DNA of 64,000 nucleotides from Amoebidium appalachense (GCA_963693365.1 CAVNZM010000008.1:2819572-2883571); one strand, 5' to 3'; shown: positions 1 through 13,583, counted from the stretch's first letter. Notes: generated by a model not told the origin, from the sequence alone. Program-made: numbers and translations.

Positions 1-441
1 CTTGTAGCATAGTATATGTACATATATATGTTACCTAGACATTATTGGTTTTTCAATAACTACCCACAGAACAGCCTCTAGGACGAGAGATTTACCACAA
101 CGTTTATGGGGTGGATGGTGAATGTGCCCCTGGAGTACGAGGGTCACACGAAAAAAACACAACATTGTAGCTCGAATAGAACCCCCCTTGTAGCATAGCA
201 TATGTACATGTGTTACCTAGACATTATTCGTTTTTTCAATAACTACCCACAGAACAGCTTCTAGCACGAGAACTTTACCACAAAGTTTATGGGGGGGATG
301 GTGAATGTGCCCCTGGAGTACGAGGGTCACACGAAAAAAACACAACGTTGTAGCTCGTATAGAACCCCCTTTGTAGCATAGTATATGTACATCATACGGT
401 ATGTTACCTAGACATTATTGGTTTTTTCAATAACTACCCAC
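1..441. repeat. Tandem satellite, ~183-186 bp unit, ~2.4 copies (runs off window start)
   Basis: Unit cttgtagcatag...gttacctagacattatt...gtgaatgtgcccctggagtacgagggtcacacg...tagaaccccc starts at 1, ~187 and ~370 (third copy partial). Confidence 0.9.
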
Positions 442-552
442 ATGCGGCATGTGTTACTTTCACGTTATTGGTTTCCTAGCACGGGATATTCAGCACACAG
501 TTGGGGATGTGGGGGCAGTGTACACCTCAATATTGGTAAGGTGGTGGGTGGG

Positions 553-598
<46 letters not shown>

Positions 599-1140
599 CC
601 ACACAACCGAAACTGTCGGTGTTACAAGTGGTTCGGTCTTAAGAAGTTAGAACGGTGATTTTTTTAATTAATAGCGGGAAACAATATTATCCCCATTGCA
701 TATGGGGGGAACGAGGAGGGGGGGAGGGGGGGGGGGGGGGGGGGGGGGTTCACAACGAATTCTATCGACTGTGCATAATTAATGTATATTGCACATGTAG
801 CCTGAAAGATTAAAGTGAATGTGTGTATGTATATGTGCGAGTATATTTGTGTATGCAATACATGTACAATGTTTTCGTCTTTGTAGGTGGGTGGGTGGGG
901 TGGGTGGGGGGGGGGGGGGGGGGGGGGGGTGGGGGGGGGGGGAAGAGGGAGGGGGGGAGGGGGCATCATGATCAGGGATAACAGGGTGTGTGCGTGTGTG
1001 CGCTTGTGTGCATGTGCTGTGTGTGTTGTGTAGGTGTGCGCCTGTGTGTGTGTGCGTGCCTGTGTGTGCGCGCCTGTGTGTGTGTGTGTGTGTGTGTGTG
1101 CAGTGTGCATGTGTGAGTGTGTGTGCGTGCGCGCGTGCGC

Positions 1141-1171
<31 letters not shown>

Positions 1172-1176
1172 TGTGT

Positions 1177-1275
1177 GATTTCAAAGAAGTCGAAAGCGCC
1201 AGTGACACCCATGTTGAAAAAAAGACAAGCAAGCACGCTAAGAAGGACAGCAAGAAGTAACAGAAACCCTTTCAT
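1177..1275 (-). CDS. Possible first exon of a secreted or membrane protein (signal-peptide-like)
   Basis: ATG at 1275 gives MKGFLLLLAVLLSVLACLFFNMGVTG (basic n-region plus hydrophobic h-region). CCAAT-like boxes lie upstream at ~1441-1460. No convincing downstream exons identified. Confidence 0.25.
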
Positions 1276-1521
1276 GCCGAAAAAATGGTCAAGAACAAAG
1301 AAGTGGAGGACACGTAACTATAGTCTGATAGTTGTGACTAAGGGCACTAAGGGTAGCGCTAAGGGCACCAAGCTGATGCACGCGCGCGCGCGAGCCGAAA
1401 TCTATTTTTATCTTTTTCCTAATCAGGCGCGGCGAATAGTGATTGGCTAAATCCCAATCCGGTTTGCAATTTTTTTCTCCATTTAAGCCTTTACGCACGT
1501 TGTTTTCTCCATTTCTCTTCC

Positions 1522-1640
1522 CCCTTCCCGCAGGTCCGCAGGTCCTTTCCCGCAGGTCGCCTGGTCGCAGGTCCCTTCCCGCAGGTCGCCTGGTCGCAGT
1601 TCCCTTCCCGCAGCGCCTGGTCACAGATCCCCCTCCGCAG
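1522..1640. repeat. Short GC-rich tandem repeat (~28 bp, ttcccgcaggtcgcctggtcgcaggtcc-like)
   Basis: Three to four degenerate copies visible directly. Confidence 0.75.
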
Positions 1641-2032
1641 ATCGCGCAGCCACCGTGCTGATTGTTTTGGACCATGCTGCATGCTGCAGCTTCTTCTTGA
1701 AGGTTAGTTTTGTGTTGCCTGCTTTTGTGCATATGGCGTTTGTCTGTCTGGTCTGTGTCTGTGTCTGTGTGTGTGTGTGTGTATGTGTGTGTGCGTGCGT
1801 GCGTGTGCGTGTGTCTGCTGGCTGCAGATGCACGTTGCCTTTCACGTTCATGAACCAGCGACTGTGGGCACTACTTTTGCTGTTAGCACTATAGCTATCA
1901 TCCCCTCCACCGATCGTTCAAGCTATTTTCTGCTTCTCTAGACTTCATAAGTTCTGGTCCGGGTTTCCGTCCTTACTATGTTTAAGGTTGGTTCTGTCGA
2001 CTCTTTTTTTGCCACTCTCAGTCAGCCCCCTC

Positions 2033-2072
<40 letters not shown>

Positions 2073-2333
2073 ACTTCTCGCAAGTAGGATGAGCTAATTC
2101 TTAGCTCGAGTTCCTTTACAGGTTTTGGCAAGGTTGGCCCATGAAGTCATCAGCAGCTATAAGGCTACGTTATCATCTAGAGGTGGGTACCGGCTCTTTG
2201 TCCTATGGCTGCTGTTGTTTCCGTTTTTCGTTTCATAGGTGGGTACCGGCTCTTTGTCCTGTTAAGGTAAATAAAGTATGGAGGCAAGACCCTGTGGGTC
2301 TGGTTCTTTGTCCTATGGCTGCTGTTGTTCCGT

Positions 2334-2444
2334 GCTCTGTTACTTTTTCTCTTCGCACACACACACACAAAAGAGTGACTTTTCTTTTTTTTTCTTTTTT
2401 TCTTTTTTTTTGTGTGTGTGTGCGAAGAGAAAAAGTAACAGAGC
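2334..2444. repeat. Inverted repeat (~38-bp arms, T-rich loop)
   Basis: gctctgttactttttctcttcgcacacacacac... pairs with ...gtgtgtgtgtgcgaagagaaaaagtaacagagc. Confidence 0.85.
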
Positions 2445-2599
2445 TTTTTATTATTTTTATTATTATTATTATTATTTTGTGTGTGTCTGTGTATTTATTT
2501 TGTGTGTTTTCGTAGTTCGAATAAATTGTGTGAAGACATGTCCCGAGGACATGTCTTTAAAAATATTTGTCTTAGAAAATATTTGTCTTAGAAAATATT

Positions 2600-2757
2600 T
2601 GAAGTGACAGACACGCCCCAGTGGGACATAACCCTACGTAAAAGATAATAGATGAGTTATAGTTGACACGTTCCAGTGGGACGTGTCTGCAGAAAATGGA
2701 TCTGTAATCAGCGGCTCGACGACATATGACCACGTGACAGGCAGGTTCGAAAGGGGT

Positions 2758-2797
<40 letters not shown>

Positions 2798-3806
2798 AAA
2801 CGACATCAAACAGTGATCGGAAACGACGTCTGGATGATATCAACTTTGAAAATGGCTCAATCATATATATCAAGACATAACATAATGATATGAAAAGGAT
2901 AATATAACTATATTGCGAAAATCATTCTTAATAAATCTTAATTATACCTTAAATTTATCGTTTTGATATATGTGCTGTATGTCAAAAAGATGTGACAGAG
3001 TTATGTTAACGATATGCTACTAATATCATAAGGAATGGTTAGCTGATAAACTACTATATGTTTTAACGATATGTAACAGATACTAGAAAGATGTCGTGTA
3101 GAGGACATACAGCCAGAACTTCTCATATCTTTAAAGGCTCCTAAAACTATCAAAACGATATTATTACGAAATTTCTTTTGACCCATCCTAGTTATCTTTA
3201 TGTTATGAGGCTTATATCGTTATGACATTTAACGTATGATCTTTAGATAATGTTTTCGGCATCCTATACCTATCCGTTGTATATGAAAAGGACATCTGTA
3301 ATAGTATCTTATAGATGTATTACCATATACGAAACCTCCTATAATGACCTCGAAATGATATCATATAGATATATATGTATCTTATGATCGATTATCATAT
3401 ATATCGTAAGGATATGTGATAGCTACCATAAGGATATGGGGAAGGGCTCCTAATCCGCTATTAGAGATATCTTTATTATGTCTAAAACGCTTCTGAACAT
3501 CAGACTAAAAAGATTTTATGATATCAAATAGACTATCATAATGGTATCATACGGATATAACGAGGTTGTTGAATACATGGAACACAGGATAGAACAACGA
3601 TGGGTTCAGGGTGCTCCGTATGAGCCCATTATGAGATCATTTTGATATCTAGCAAAAGATACCAAAATGATATCCAGAAAACCCGTGATAGCAAAACGAT
3701 GCTGTTATGTTATCTAAAAGACAAGAGGGGGATAAAGAGTGGCAAAAAGATGGGTTTATGGGTTTATGATATCTTTAATGGGTTTTTAATGGGTTTCGGA
3801 TGCCGG
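2600..3806. mobile_element. AT-rich insert with recurrent GATAT/ATATC and ATGGG motifs; probable non-autonomous DNA element remnant that truncates the copia 5' end
   Basis: Composition shifts abruptly at ~3807 into GC-balanced copia coding sequence. No matching TIR pair or TSD found, so the class is unproven. Confidence 0.35.
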
Positions 3807-3807
3807 A

Positions 3808-6800
3808 TGAAGTTTGCTGATGTGACTGACATATCCAAGGTGGAGTGTTACAAATGTCACAAGTTTGGGCACTACAAGTCACAGTGTCCAAAGAAGAAGA
3901 AGGGCGGCAATCGCGGCGACAAGGCGAAGCAGAACGGAGCTTCCAAGGAGATACTCGCCATGGCGGTAAACAGCGGACTCCCTTCTTCAACTGAGTGGTA
4001 TTGGGACTGCGGCGCAACCTCCCATGTCACATGCCGAAAGGACTGGATGGAAGACTTCCGGTCGATCACACCCAAACCCGTCGCTCTGGGTAACACCCCG
4101 GGTGTGATGGCGCTAGGAATAGGCGTCGTAAGATTAACAAGTGAGTTCCAGGGCAACAGCATGACATTTAGACTGCAGAATGTGCTGTACGTGCCAGCAT
4201 TTGGAACTAACGTGATGTCGGCTTCAAGCGCCGGCAAGCACGGGTTAAGAGGCATCACCGACGGTCGACAGTGTACGATTGAGAGTGCCACAGATGGCCA
4301 AGTTGTGGCCCGTGGGGTAGTGGAGGGAGGCCTGTATCGTCTCCTAGTGAAACCCGTATGTGAGAGCGTGAACATGGTGACCACTGCAGTCGGCAGCAGT
4401 GGGGGTAACACCGTGTGTGAGCCGGTAAAGGGCAGCGCCAGTTTATGGCACCGGCGGTTTGGTCATGTGGCAATAAACACGCTACAGAAGATGGTTAAAG
4501 AAAACATCGTCGAGGGTCTGTGCATCGACTGCAAAACCCAGGATGACGGTGTGTGCGAGGGATGCGCGAGAGGGAAGCAAGCCCGGCTCTCTTTCAGTAA
4601 GCTACCCCGCAAGACAGCGCCAGCGAAGCTCGACAGAGTTCATTCTGATGTGGCAGGACCGTTCAACAAGGAGTCGCTGCAAGGTTCGAAGTATTATGTC
4701 ACCTTCATCGACGACAAGACAAGGTTCACTACGGTGTACTTCATGAAACATAAATCCCAAGTGCATACTTACTTCAAGAAGTACAGGGCACACGTAGAGA
4801 AGCAACACGGTGCCAGCATCAAGATTCTGCGTTCCGACAACGGGGGTGAGTACACCTCCACTGAGTTCAAGTCGTTCCTGGAAGCGTGCGGCATTGAACA
4901 TGAGGCGACAGTCCCTTACACACCAGAGCAGAATGGTGTAGCAGAGAGGGCTAACAGGACCATTGTCGAGACGGCGCGCTGCATGCTGCAGTCAGCAGGC
5001 ATGAGTATGAGGTTCTGGCAGCTAGCAGTACAGGCAGCTGTGTACATCAAGAACCTGACGCCAACCACAGTACTGGGTGGCATGACACCTTGGGAGGCAT
5101 GGTATGGAGAGAAGCCCGATGTTAGCCATCTACGTGTATTTGGTAGCAAGGCATTTGTCCATGTGCCGAAGGACGAGCGCAGGAAGCTAGACGCCAAGAG
5201 TCGGGAGTGTAAATTCGTCGGCTACACAGGTGACAGCAAGACGTACTTGTTGTGGGACACCGAGGCGCGCAAGACTATCGTCGGGCGAGATGTGGTGATC
5301 GATGAATCATGCACCCCAAAGGCCGGTATTCCGGTGGTGCAAGATGAGCCAATGGAATTGCTGATGCATAAGCCAATCGGAAATCAGCAGAGCTTGGAAT
5401 CGAGGGATCCAATCAGCGCCAAGAAGCAACATTCCTTTCGGAAGCCTACAATCGGCACTGACAGTGGATATGATTCAGATGCTATCGGCGACGGCGCGGG
5501 CGAGGACAGCGGCGATTCGGACGCGGCAGGGTCAGGAGACGAGGAAGATAGTGCAGAGTTGCAGGTTGCAACCAGAAGTGCCTATCCGTCTATGACTACA
5601 AGGCGCGGTGGGACCTACGGCATCAACGCAGGTGTAGTAGAGTACCGCGACAGTATCAGCATGGCAATTGAGAGTGCTGATAGCAATGAGGATGACCCTG
5701 TGACACTGGAAGAAGCAATCTCCAGGCCAGATGGTGCAAAGTGGAAGGCTGCGCTGGACGAGGAGTACGAATCTCTAGTCAAGAATGGGACATGGTCACT
5801 GGTGCCACTCCCACCAGGTCGTCGGGCAGTTTCCTTCAAGTGGGTCTTTAAGATGAAACGCAACGCCGACGGCAGTGTCGAGCGCTACAAGGCCCGTGGT
5901 GTGGCCAGGGGCTTCTCTCAGCAAGAGGGGATAGACTACGAAGAGACCTTTGCCCCGGTGGCCAAGTTCACCAGCTTCAGACTTCTCTTCGCTATGGCAG
6001 CGGCAGAGAACATGCACCTCACACAAATAGATATCGTCACGGCGTTCCTGAACGGCGACATCAAGGAAGAGCTGTACATGCAGCAACCGCGTGGGTACGA
6101 GGTACCCGGAAAGGAAGACTATGTGTGTCGTTTGCACAAAAGTCTGTATGGCCTCAAGCAAGCAGCAAGGTGCTGGAATGAGAAGATGCATGAGGCTATG
6201 GTCGATCTTGGCTTCACACGTGTGGAAGCTGATCGATGTGTCTACTTCAAGGTCAACGGAAGTGGAAAGACGGTGGTGGCTGTGCATGTGGACGACATGC
6301 TAGTGGCGGCGTCGACAGATGATCTTATTCAAGAATTCGTCAGGCAGGTTGCGACGAAGTTCTCCGTCAAGGTGATCGGCGAGCCAAAGCTGCTACTCGG
6401 TGTGCAGGTCAGTCGTGACGCTGCAACAGGCGATATAAAATTGTCACAGGAAACGTACATCAAGTCATTGATGCGGCGCTTCAACATGGTCGACTGCAAG
6501 GCTAAGTCAACACCGCTACCGGAGCGATGCGTGTTGAGCAAGGCCATGAGTCCGGCAAGCGAGGAGGAGAGAGTGGCGATGCGGCAAGTTCCTTATGCCA
6601 GAGCTGTGGGCTCCTTAATGTACGCAATGGTGGCCACCCGGCCAGACATTGCACAAGCAGTGGGGGAACTTAGTAAGTTCGTGAGCAACCCGGGACTTCA
6701 ACACTGGGACGCAGCCAAACATCTTCTCCGGTACCTCAAGGGGACAACCAACTACGGGATTGTCTACCGCGGAGGACGAGGAGGGAGTACAACAGTGGAG

Positions 6801-7259
6801 GGATTCACTGACTCCGATTACGCTGGCAACTCCGACGACCGTAAGTCGACGAGCGGATACATCTTCACTGCCAATGGATCTGCCATCAGCTGGGGCAGCA
6901 AGCAACAGAAGACTGTGGCTACTTCATCTACAGAGGCGGAGTATATGGCTACGTGCCTGGCAGTCAAAGAGGCTAAGTGGCTACGACAGCTGCTGGGGCA
7001 GTTGGGCTACGATATGAGTGAGGCGACCATCATCTACGCCGACAACCAGGCCAGCATCAAGCTTGCAAGGAACCCGATGCTCCATAACAGGAGCAAACAC
7101 ATCGACGTTCAGTACCACTACACCCGTGAGTGTGTGGAGAATGGGGATGTAGAACTTGTGTATTGCAGCACGAACAGTAACGTGGCCGACATGTGCACCA
7201 AAGCTTTAGGGAGACTTAAGTTAGTGCAGCATCGGCAGGCCATCGGCATGGCTGAGTAA
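3808..7259 (+). CDS. Ty1/copia gag(C-terminal)-pol polyprotein, 5'-truncated
   Basis: Zn knuckle CYKCHKFGHYKSQC; protease WYWDCGATSH; LWHRRFGH and CEGC (HHCC); integrase HSDVAGP, RSDNGGEY, PEQNGVAER; RT YKARGVARGFSQQEGIDY, LYGLKQA, VHVDD; RNase H FTDSDYAG, TEAEY, ADNQA, ADMCTK. PR-IN-RT-RH order is diagnostic of copia. The first ~55 aa of the 3642 ORF are read from the AT-rich insert. Confidence 0.97.
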
Positions 7260-7392
7260 GAACTACAAATAGTGTAGTGTTAATGTTCGTGTAGTAGGTG
7301 TTATATGTGTTAGTATAGTAGCATAGTTTTAGAGTTGCATCTTAGGTTTAGGTTGCATGCGGTACATAGATAGAACACAGTGCAAGTGGGGG

Positions 7393-7679
7393 TGTCGAAC
7401 AGGATAGCCATCCGGTATGCCCTGCGTTAGCGTAGCACTAGTGATCGGGAATATTCGAGATATTCGGGATAAACTGGTGGATAGGTTCACGATAGATCAG
7501 GATAGATCTAGAAGAGTCTAGAAGATTCTATTGGAGTGTTTTGATTGGTAGCGACTAGATCCATAGCGGCGGGTAGACCAATCGGGAATAGTATGTAACA
7601 TTCCAGTGAGCCAGACCACAAGTATATAAAGGTCCCGGCGGGCCAGTCAATGCAAGTCAGCAAATAATAAAGTCTCACA
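7393..7679 (+). mobile_element. 3' LTR of the copia element (~287 bp)
   Basis: Polypurine tract aagtggggg immediately before TGT at 7393. Contains CCAAT motifs, TATATAAA at ~7623 and AATAAA near the end; finishes in ACA at 7679. No 5' LTR in the window. Confidence 0.85.
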
Positions 7680-10361
7680 GAGAAACCTCTAAGTTACACT
7701 TTTGGCCATCAACCATGCAAAACTCTCTCTCCCTCCTAACCTCTCTAGGTCATCTGACCACTCCCCTATCCTTTTCCTACCTAAGATCTCCCTTGATCTG
7801 CTCCCTCCTCCCCCGCCTACCTTTCGCCTCCGTCTATCCCAGCTCAAGTCACAATGGGGTAGAGTTGATGTATGTGTATGCGATGCAACGAAACACCCTA
7901 CATATATGCGCCTATTAGAATCTGCACAAGCCAGACCAGATTCACATCTCGTACTAGATACGTGCACTAATTTTATTGTTGACGATTTAATAGATCTCGG
8001 TGATTATGCTGGTGGTGGTAGGAAGGAATATCCCGATGCTCTCTTGTTACCAAACACCACTCCCGCTAAACTAGGTGAGTCCCTGTCTCAAAAGGAAAGT
8101 TTGCGCCGGCTTGCTAGTATGAATCGATTTGGCCCCCCTGCTCGGATTATTGGTGATTCTACTGTAGACCCTCTCGTAGACTCTGATAAGTATTTCTCGG
8201 AACTGTTTAAAGATAGGACCCCCGCTCAGAAGCCTATTGTGTGGCCTGTAGACCCATCTATCCCCATAGAATCGATCCTCCCCTTTTTTAGTCCCGATCG
8301 ATACCGTATGGTCTGTGATATCTAGTTATAGCTCTAGTAAATCTTGTGGGCCTGATGGACTTCCTGCTGGGTTTCTGAAAATCCTCGTTCCCCCCTACCC
8401 ACAGAAAGGAAGTGATCGTGCTATCAAACCTGATCTTGCTATTATGTTAAGCTCTCTCTTTCCTTGGTGTGTTAAATGTGGACGTGTCCCGTCATCTTGG
8501 TTAGATACCTTAGTGATCCCCATAGTTAAGAAGGACCCTGAAGTTCCCCATATCATCTTTTCGTCCCATCATACTAACCCAGGTTGTTCGTAGATTCTTT
8601 GAAGCCTGCTTACTTAGGTTATTTGCACATCACCCTAGGTTTCGATCTATTCTTCACATACACGCATGCCAATCCGCTTTTCGTAAAAACAATTCATGTT
8701 ATGTTCAAATAATGGCACTGCACGATTCTATGCAAGTTGGTGCACGATATGTTGGTTTTATTGATTGGAAAACTGCTTACGATTTTGTCTCCCCTGGTCT
8801 CCTATGGGAAAAGCTTGCTGCACGGGGTGTACCACACTGCATTGGTGGTTTGTTAGAAGCACTCTTGTCTCAAACCTATGGTAGAGCGGTGGTTGATGGG
8901 CACCTTTCATATGGTTTTTCTCGTACTAGAGGTCTCTTGCAGGGTTCATTGCCCAGCCCCTTTTTGTTTAACCTATTTATAGATGATTTGGCTGTCAAGA
9001 TTTACGCCGAAAATGATGACCTTATTAATAACTTTCCGCCTGCACTTCTCTATGCTGATGATCTGTCCCTCCTTGCCCGTACCCCTAGACGCCTGCAAAG
9101 ATTGTTCGATGTAGTGTCAGAGTGGTGCAAGGCAAACCTTATGATCCTTAACATAGACAAATGTGGTGTTCTTGTACCTGATATAGCTACAGTAACAATT
9201 TACACACATTTACATTATCATCTAAACCTGTACCTATCGTTCCAGAATACAAATATCTTGGTGTTCCGGTCAATTCTGTTGGTGTTATGTTTTCCCATAT
9301 GGTTGAAAAGAGGGTAGAGCTGGCTCGTAAGCGGTTAGCTTTCTTCTCGGCTAATATTTTTAAAGACACACCCCTCCATCCTTCTATTAGACTTACATTT
9401 ATTCGCACTTTGTGTCTTCCCGGCATGTGAATATGGTTTACCCCTTCTCGCCGCTTGGATTAAGAAAGAGAGAACTAGATTGCTTAAACCCTTGGTAAAT
9501 TCCCTTGAAGTAGAAGTTGCCTCCTTTCTATCTAACAACTGTTGTAAACCTGGGCCTGTAACACTCTCGATATATGGTCGTCCCAATAGCTGCTAGAGTA
9601 TCCCATCTCGCGCTGAAATTCAATAAGCACATAAGCCGCTTAAAGAATTATCTGCCCTCCCACCCTCTCTTCTCTATCCGACCTGTCCCCTCCCCACCTC
9701 TCCCCTCTTTCCTTCCCTCCCTCTCTCCTTCTTCCCCGTTGTTTGCACAAATACAAATAAACCCCTGGCAAAAGTGTGCGTGTGACTTTGGACTGCCACT
9801 TACTTATTAGACATATACATAATCACAAAATAATTACACAATATAACAAATGGAAAAAGATACCACACGACACTAGACCCGATGAAAGCAGACACCTCGA
9901 AAAACTAAGCCTTATGTCTCGTTTTATATATAATGACCGCCTTAACCATATTGCCAAATATGGCACTCGCAAATGTATAACATTTAAATACATACTCAGT
10001 CTGACCTTCCTGTAGAGCTGGTCTTTCTCTAGTTGATGGTATTATTGATCACTTACCACGCTTTTACTGTACACGTGCTATACAGTGGAGAGTAATAAGT
10101 ATAAGGTGGCATCGTTTACATGCCCAAACAACACACACACGCACACCAGTTTAAACGATCATGTATCGCCAAATGTAGTTTGATAGACCACATAATACCG
10201 CAACACACACACGACACATTCACAACAGACACCCAGAGAGATAGCCTACCTGAAAATTACAACATCCTTGATTTTATACTAAACACACGTAACTATGACC
10301 TGTTTATTAGATGTATTGATTGGCTTGAGAAACACACCAATATTACAAAATTCTAGCACGT

Positions 10362-10436
<75 letters not shown>

Positions 10437-10466
10437 AGCTGATACCGAGTGTCCCAGGGGAGCCCG

Positions 10467-10499
<33 letters not shown>

Positions 10500-10689
10500 G
10501 GGGAACCCAACTAATTGGTTTTCTTAGTCTTTATGGTGCCTCGTAGAGAAAGTAAACCCTGATATATAATCATCACCCGACATCTATGTACTTGATCATG
10601 ATATACCGCTGAGGGGATATTCCGAGCAAACCCCCCCCCATACCTGAGACTGGTCTCTCTTTGCCTCGAGTAAACAGCGTAAACCCCCC
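7680..10689 (+). mobile_element. Non-LTR retrotransposon (APE + RT LINE), frameshifted ORF2 plus 3' region
   Basis: SDH motif ending an APE domain (SSDHSPILF); KSCGPDG; VPSSW...IPIVKK; RPIIL; FIDWKTAYD; GLLQGSLPSPFLFN; YADD; YKYLG, spread over several frames. Stop at 10356, then (CA)n, poly-A and a ~190-bp conserved tail. Confidence 0.92.
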
Positions 10690-11502
10690 ATGATCATATG
10701 ACATGCAGGCTGCATGCAAGTGTGTAGATGTGAATATGTCCGTGTGTGTGTGCACGTGCTTGTGTGCGTGCGTGCACGTAACGTGGGTAGGTGGGTGGGT
10801 GAGTGGGTGGGTGGGGAGGGGGGTTTGGGGGTTTGGGGGGGGGGGGAGGGAGGGAGGGGGATGGGCACTACATGCCACGGCTGGGTGTGCTTGTGCCACA
10901 TGTTTTTTTTTTTTTCTTTAAAGTTTCTTTTTTTTTCCTTTTTGCGGGCGGGGGGGGGGGGGGGGGGGGGGGGGAGGGAGCAAAGCAAACATCGTTACAA
11001 ACTCCTTTGGTGAACTTTTCCACGATCGCTATTGGTAACAGTCCCGTGATATATCCTTGGTACCAGTATACATATGCACATGTATATTAGGGCTTTAATT
11101 CCCCTTTGCCTTGAACCACACAGTGGGAGAGGCAAAAATCAAGAGAACGGAATCAGAATGAGACATGGAACCCGTCATTCGGAGAGTCTAAACTTCCCAA
11201 CCATGCACATGATGCATGTTCGAGAAAAACATAAAAGCATTCCCAGAAATCTTATATCGTGGATAACAGCGTAATGAATTTCTTAAAATCTGCACATATT
11301 TCAACTTCGCCAGACGGAGGGGAATAGTATCCGCGCCAAGCAGAATCCTGACAAGTGTATGTCCATCATACCCACCCCTCCAATTAAAACAACACCCTCT
11401 TAAAGCACACAGAACACACACATATACACCCGCACAAACAGTGTCAACACACCCGCCCATACTCCCACCCACCAACCCACCCACACACGAATACACAGAC
11501 AT

Positions 11503-11590
<88 letters not shown>

Positions 11591-11632
11591 AAGGGAGGAA
11601 ATGGCGGCTAACACATCAGAACCAAGACGGCA

Positions 11633-11694
<62 letters not shown>

Positions 11695-11757
11695 ACGTGC
11701 GCGCGCCCGTGCGCCAAGAAAATGAGAAAACAACAAGAAAAGAAAACTATGGAAAAA

Positions 11758-11969
11758 TCACTTCCTGCACCCGTCACCATCCGACTCACACGACCACTGC
11801 GTCACACTTGCCGTCACATTCATCTCCGTAGCCACCGTGACGTTTGACATTGCACACACATTGCACTTGCCAAGCGCGGCAAGCGGGCACCCCTGTGCAT
11901 GTGTGTCTGTCAGTCGTTGGGTACATGTGTGGATGTGTAGGCGTATGTGTGTAGGTGTACGTGTGTATG

Positions 11970-12050
<81 letters not shown>

Positions 12051-13126
12051 CACCCAACCACCTCTACCGGGCATTATCTTCTTTTTCTCACTCACCCTCC
12101 CCCCCCCCCCTCCCCCCCCCCGGGCGCCCCTGAGCTCACTTTTTTGGGTTTCTGTGCATCTGTGTGTGCGTGCGCGCAGGCTCGCGGGTGGGTATAGACA
12201 TGAGTGATAAGGAAAAAAAGAGAGGGGCGAGGGTGGGGGGGGGGGATGTTAAGAGAGGGGGGAGATTGAATTGAGTTAGAGAGAGGGCGATAAGTGAGAG
12301 ACGGAGGGAGAGAGAGAGGGAGGGAGGGAACAAAGGACGGAAGGAAGGAAGAAGATGTGCTTGTGTGTGTTTGCAAGCCCTGGTAATGAGGACCAAAGGG
12401 TGTATGCACGTGCGCGTGTGTGAGTGGGGGGACGGAGAGAGAGGGGAGGGGGGGAGGGGGAATACGTAAAAGGAGCAAACAATCGCACGGAGCCAACGGC
12501 GGCTAATAAAAGCGAAAGCTGACTAACGGGACCAAAACTGAGCACAAAAACAAAACCACAAGCACCAATCCCTCCGCACAAACAGTCACGATTTTGACAT
12601 TAGATATCTACAAACACAACAACCAAAACAGACCAACCTACCCGTCCAAAGTCGCACTTGCCCCACTCATTCAATTTGCTTCCGCACCCGTCCTTTGGAG
12701 CCTCCACCCCCAGTATTGCGGCGTATTTGAGATATGATTGGATACGAATCATGGCTACGTCTCGGTCCGGCGCGTTGGGGCAGCATTCCATGTCCCCCCT
12801 GATGATATTGATGGTCTCCCCAAACCCAAGTACGTCCTCCATTGCCTGGTGGAGACTGCAAAGGGCACACGGGTGAGGGGAAGGAGGCGGGGGCAGCAGC
12901 AAAACGGGGGGGGGGGGGGGGGGGGGGGGTGTCACGTGTGTGTTTGCGTGAGGGGGGGGGGGGGGGGGGCGGGGGGATGTGTATATGTGTGTATTTGCGT
13001 TGGGGGGGGGGGGGGGGGGGGGGGGGGAAGGGGTGAAGGGGCGGGGGGGGGGGGGGGATGGATGTGCGTACCTCAGTGTGAGTGTTTTGAGGGCAGAGGG
13101 GCGGATGGATTTGAGTGTGCGCGCGG

Positions 13127-13158
<32 letters not shown>

Positions 13159-13437
13159 GTGCGCATGCTGATAAGTGTGTGTGTGTGTGTGTGTGTGCGT
13201 GTGTGTATGTTTATGTGTTGTTTCTGTGGGTGTGGGGGGAGGGGACTGGGTGATGGTGCCATCAAACGATTAAGCCCAAAGCAAAGAGGATTGCAGGAAG
13301 AATTTGGAGTTAGAAAAAGGGATCTGTTCTTATATTTTATGATCCACGTTGCCCATGGCTCCCTAGATGTAGAAAAATCTTCTCTAACCCCATCAAAGAG
13401 AACACACACGTAGGTGCCCGAGTGCACGGTGGTCCCT

Positions 13438-13468
<31 letters not shown>

Positions 13469-13552
13469 CTCCCTCCCTCAAATCTCTGTGGGCGCACGTG
13501 TGCACATCTGTGCTGGTTGATTCTTTTTCCTTTCTTTCTTTTTTTTTTTTTT

Positions 13553-13583
<31 letters not shown>

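Noticed and set aside
3642-3807. N-terminal 55 aa of the 1205-aa ORF as genuine gag
   Set aside because: Starts at TTG inside the AT-rich insert and shows no gag features.
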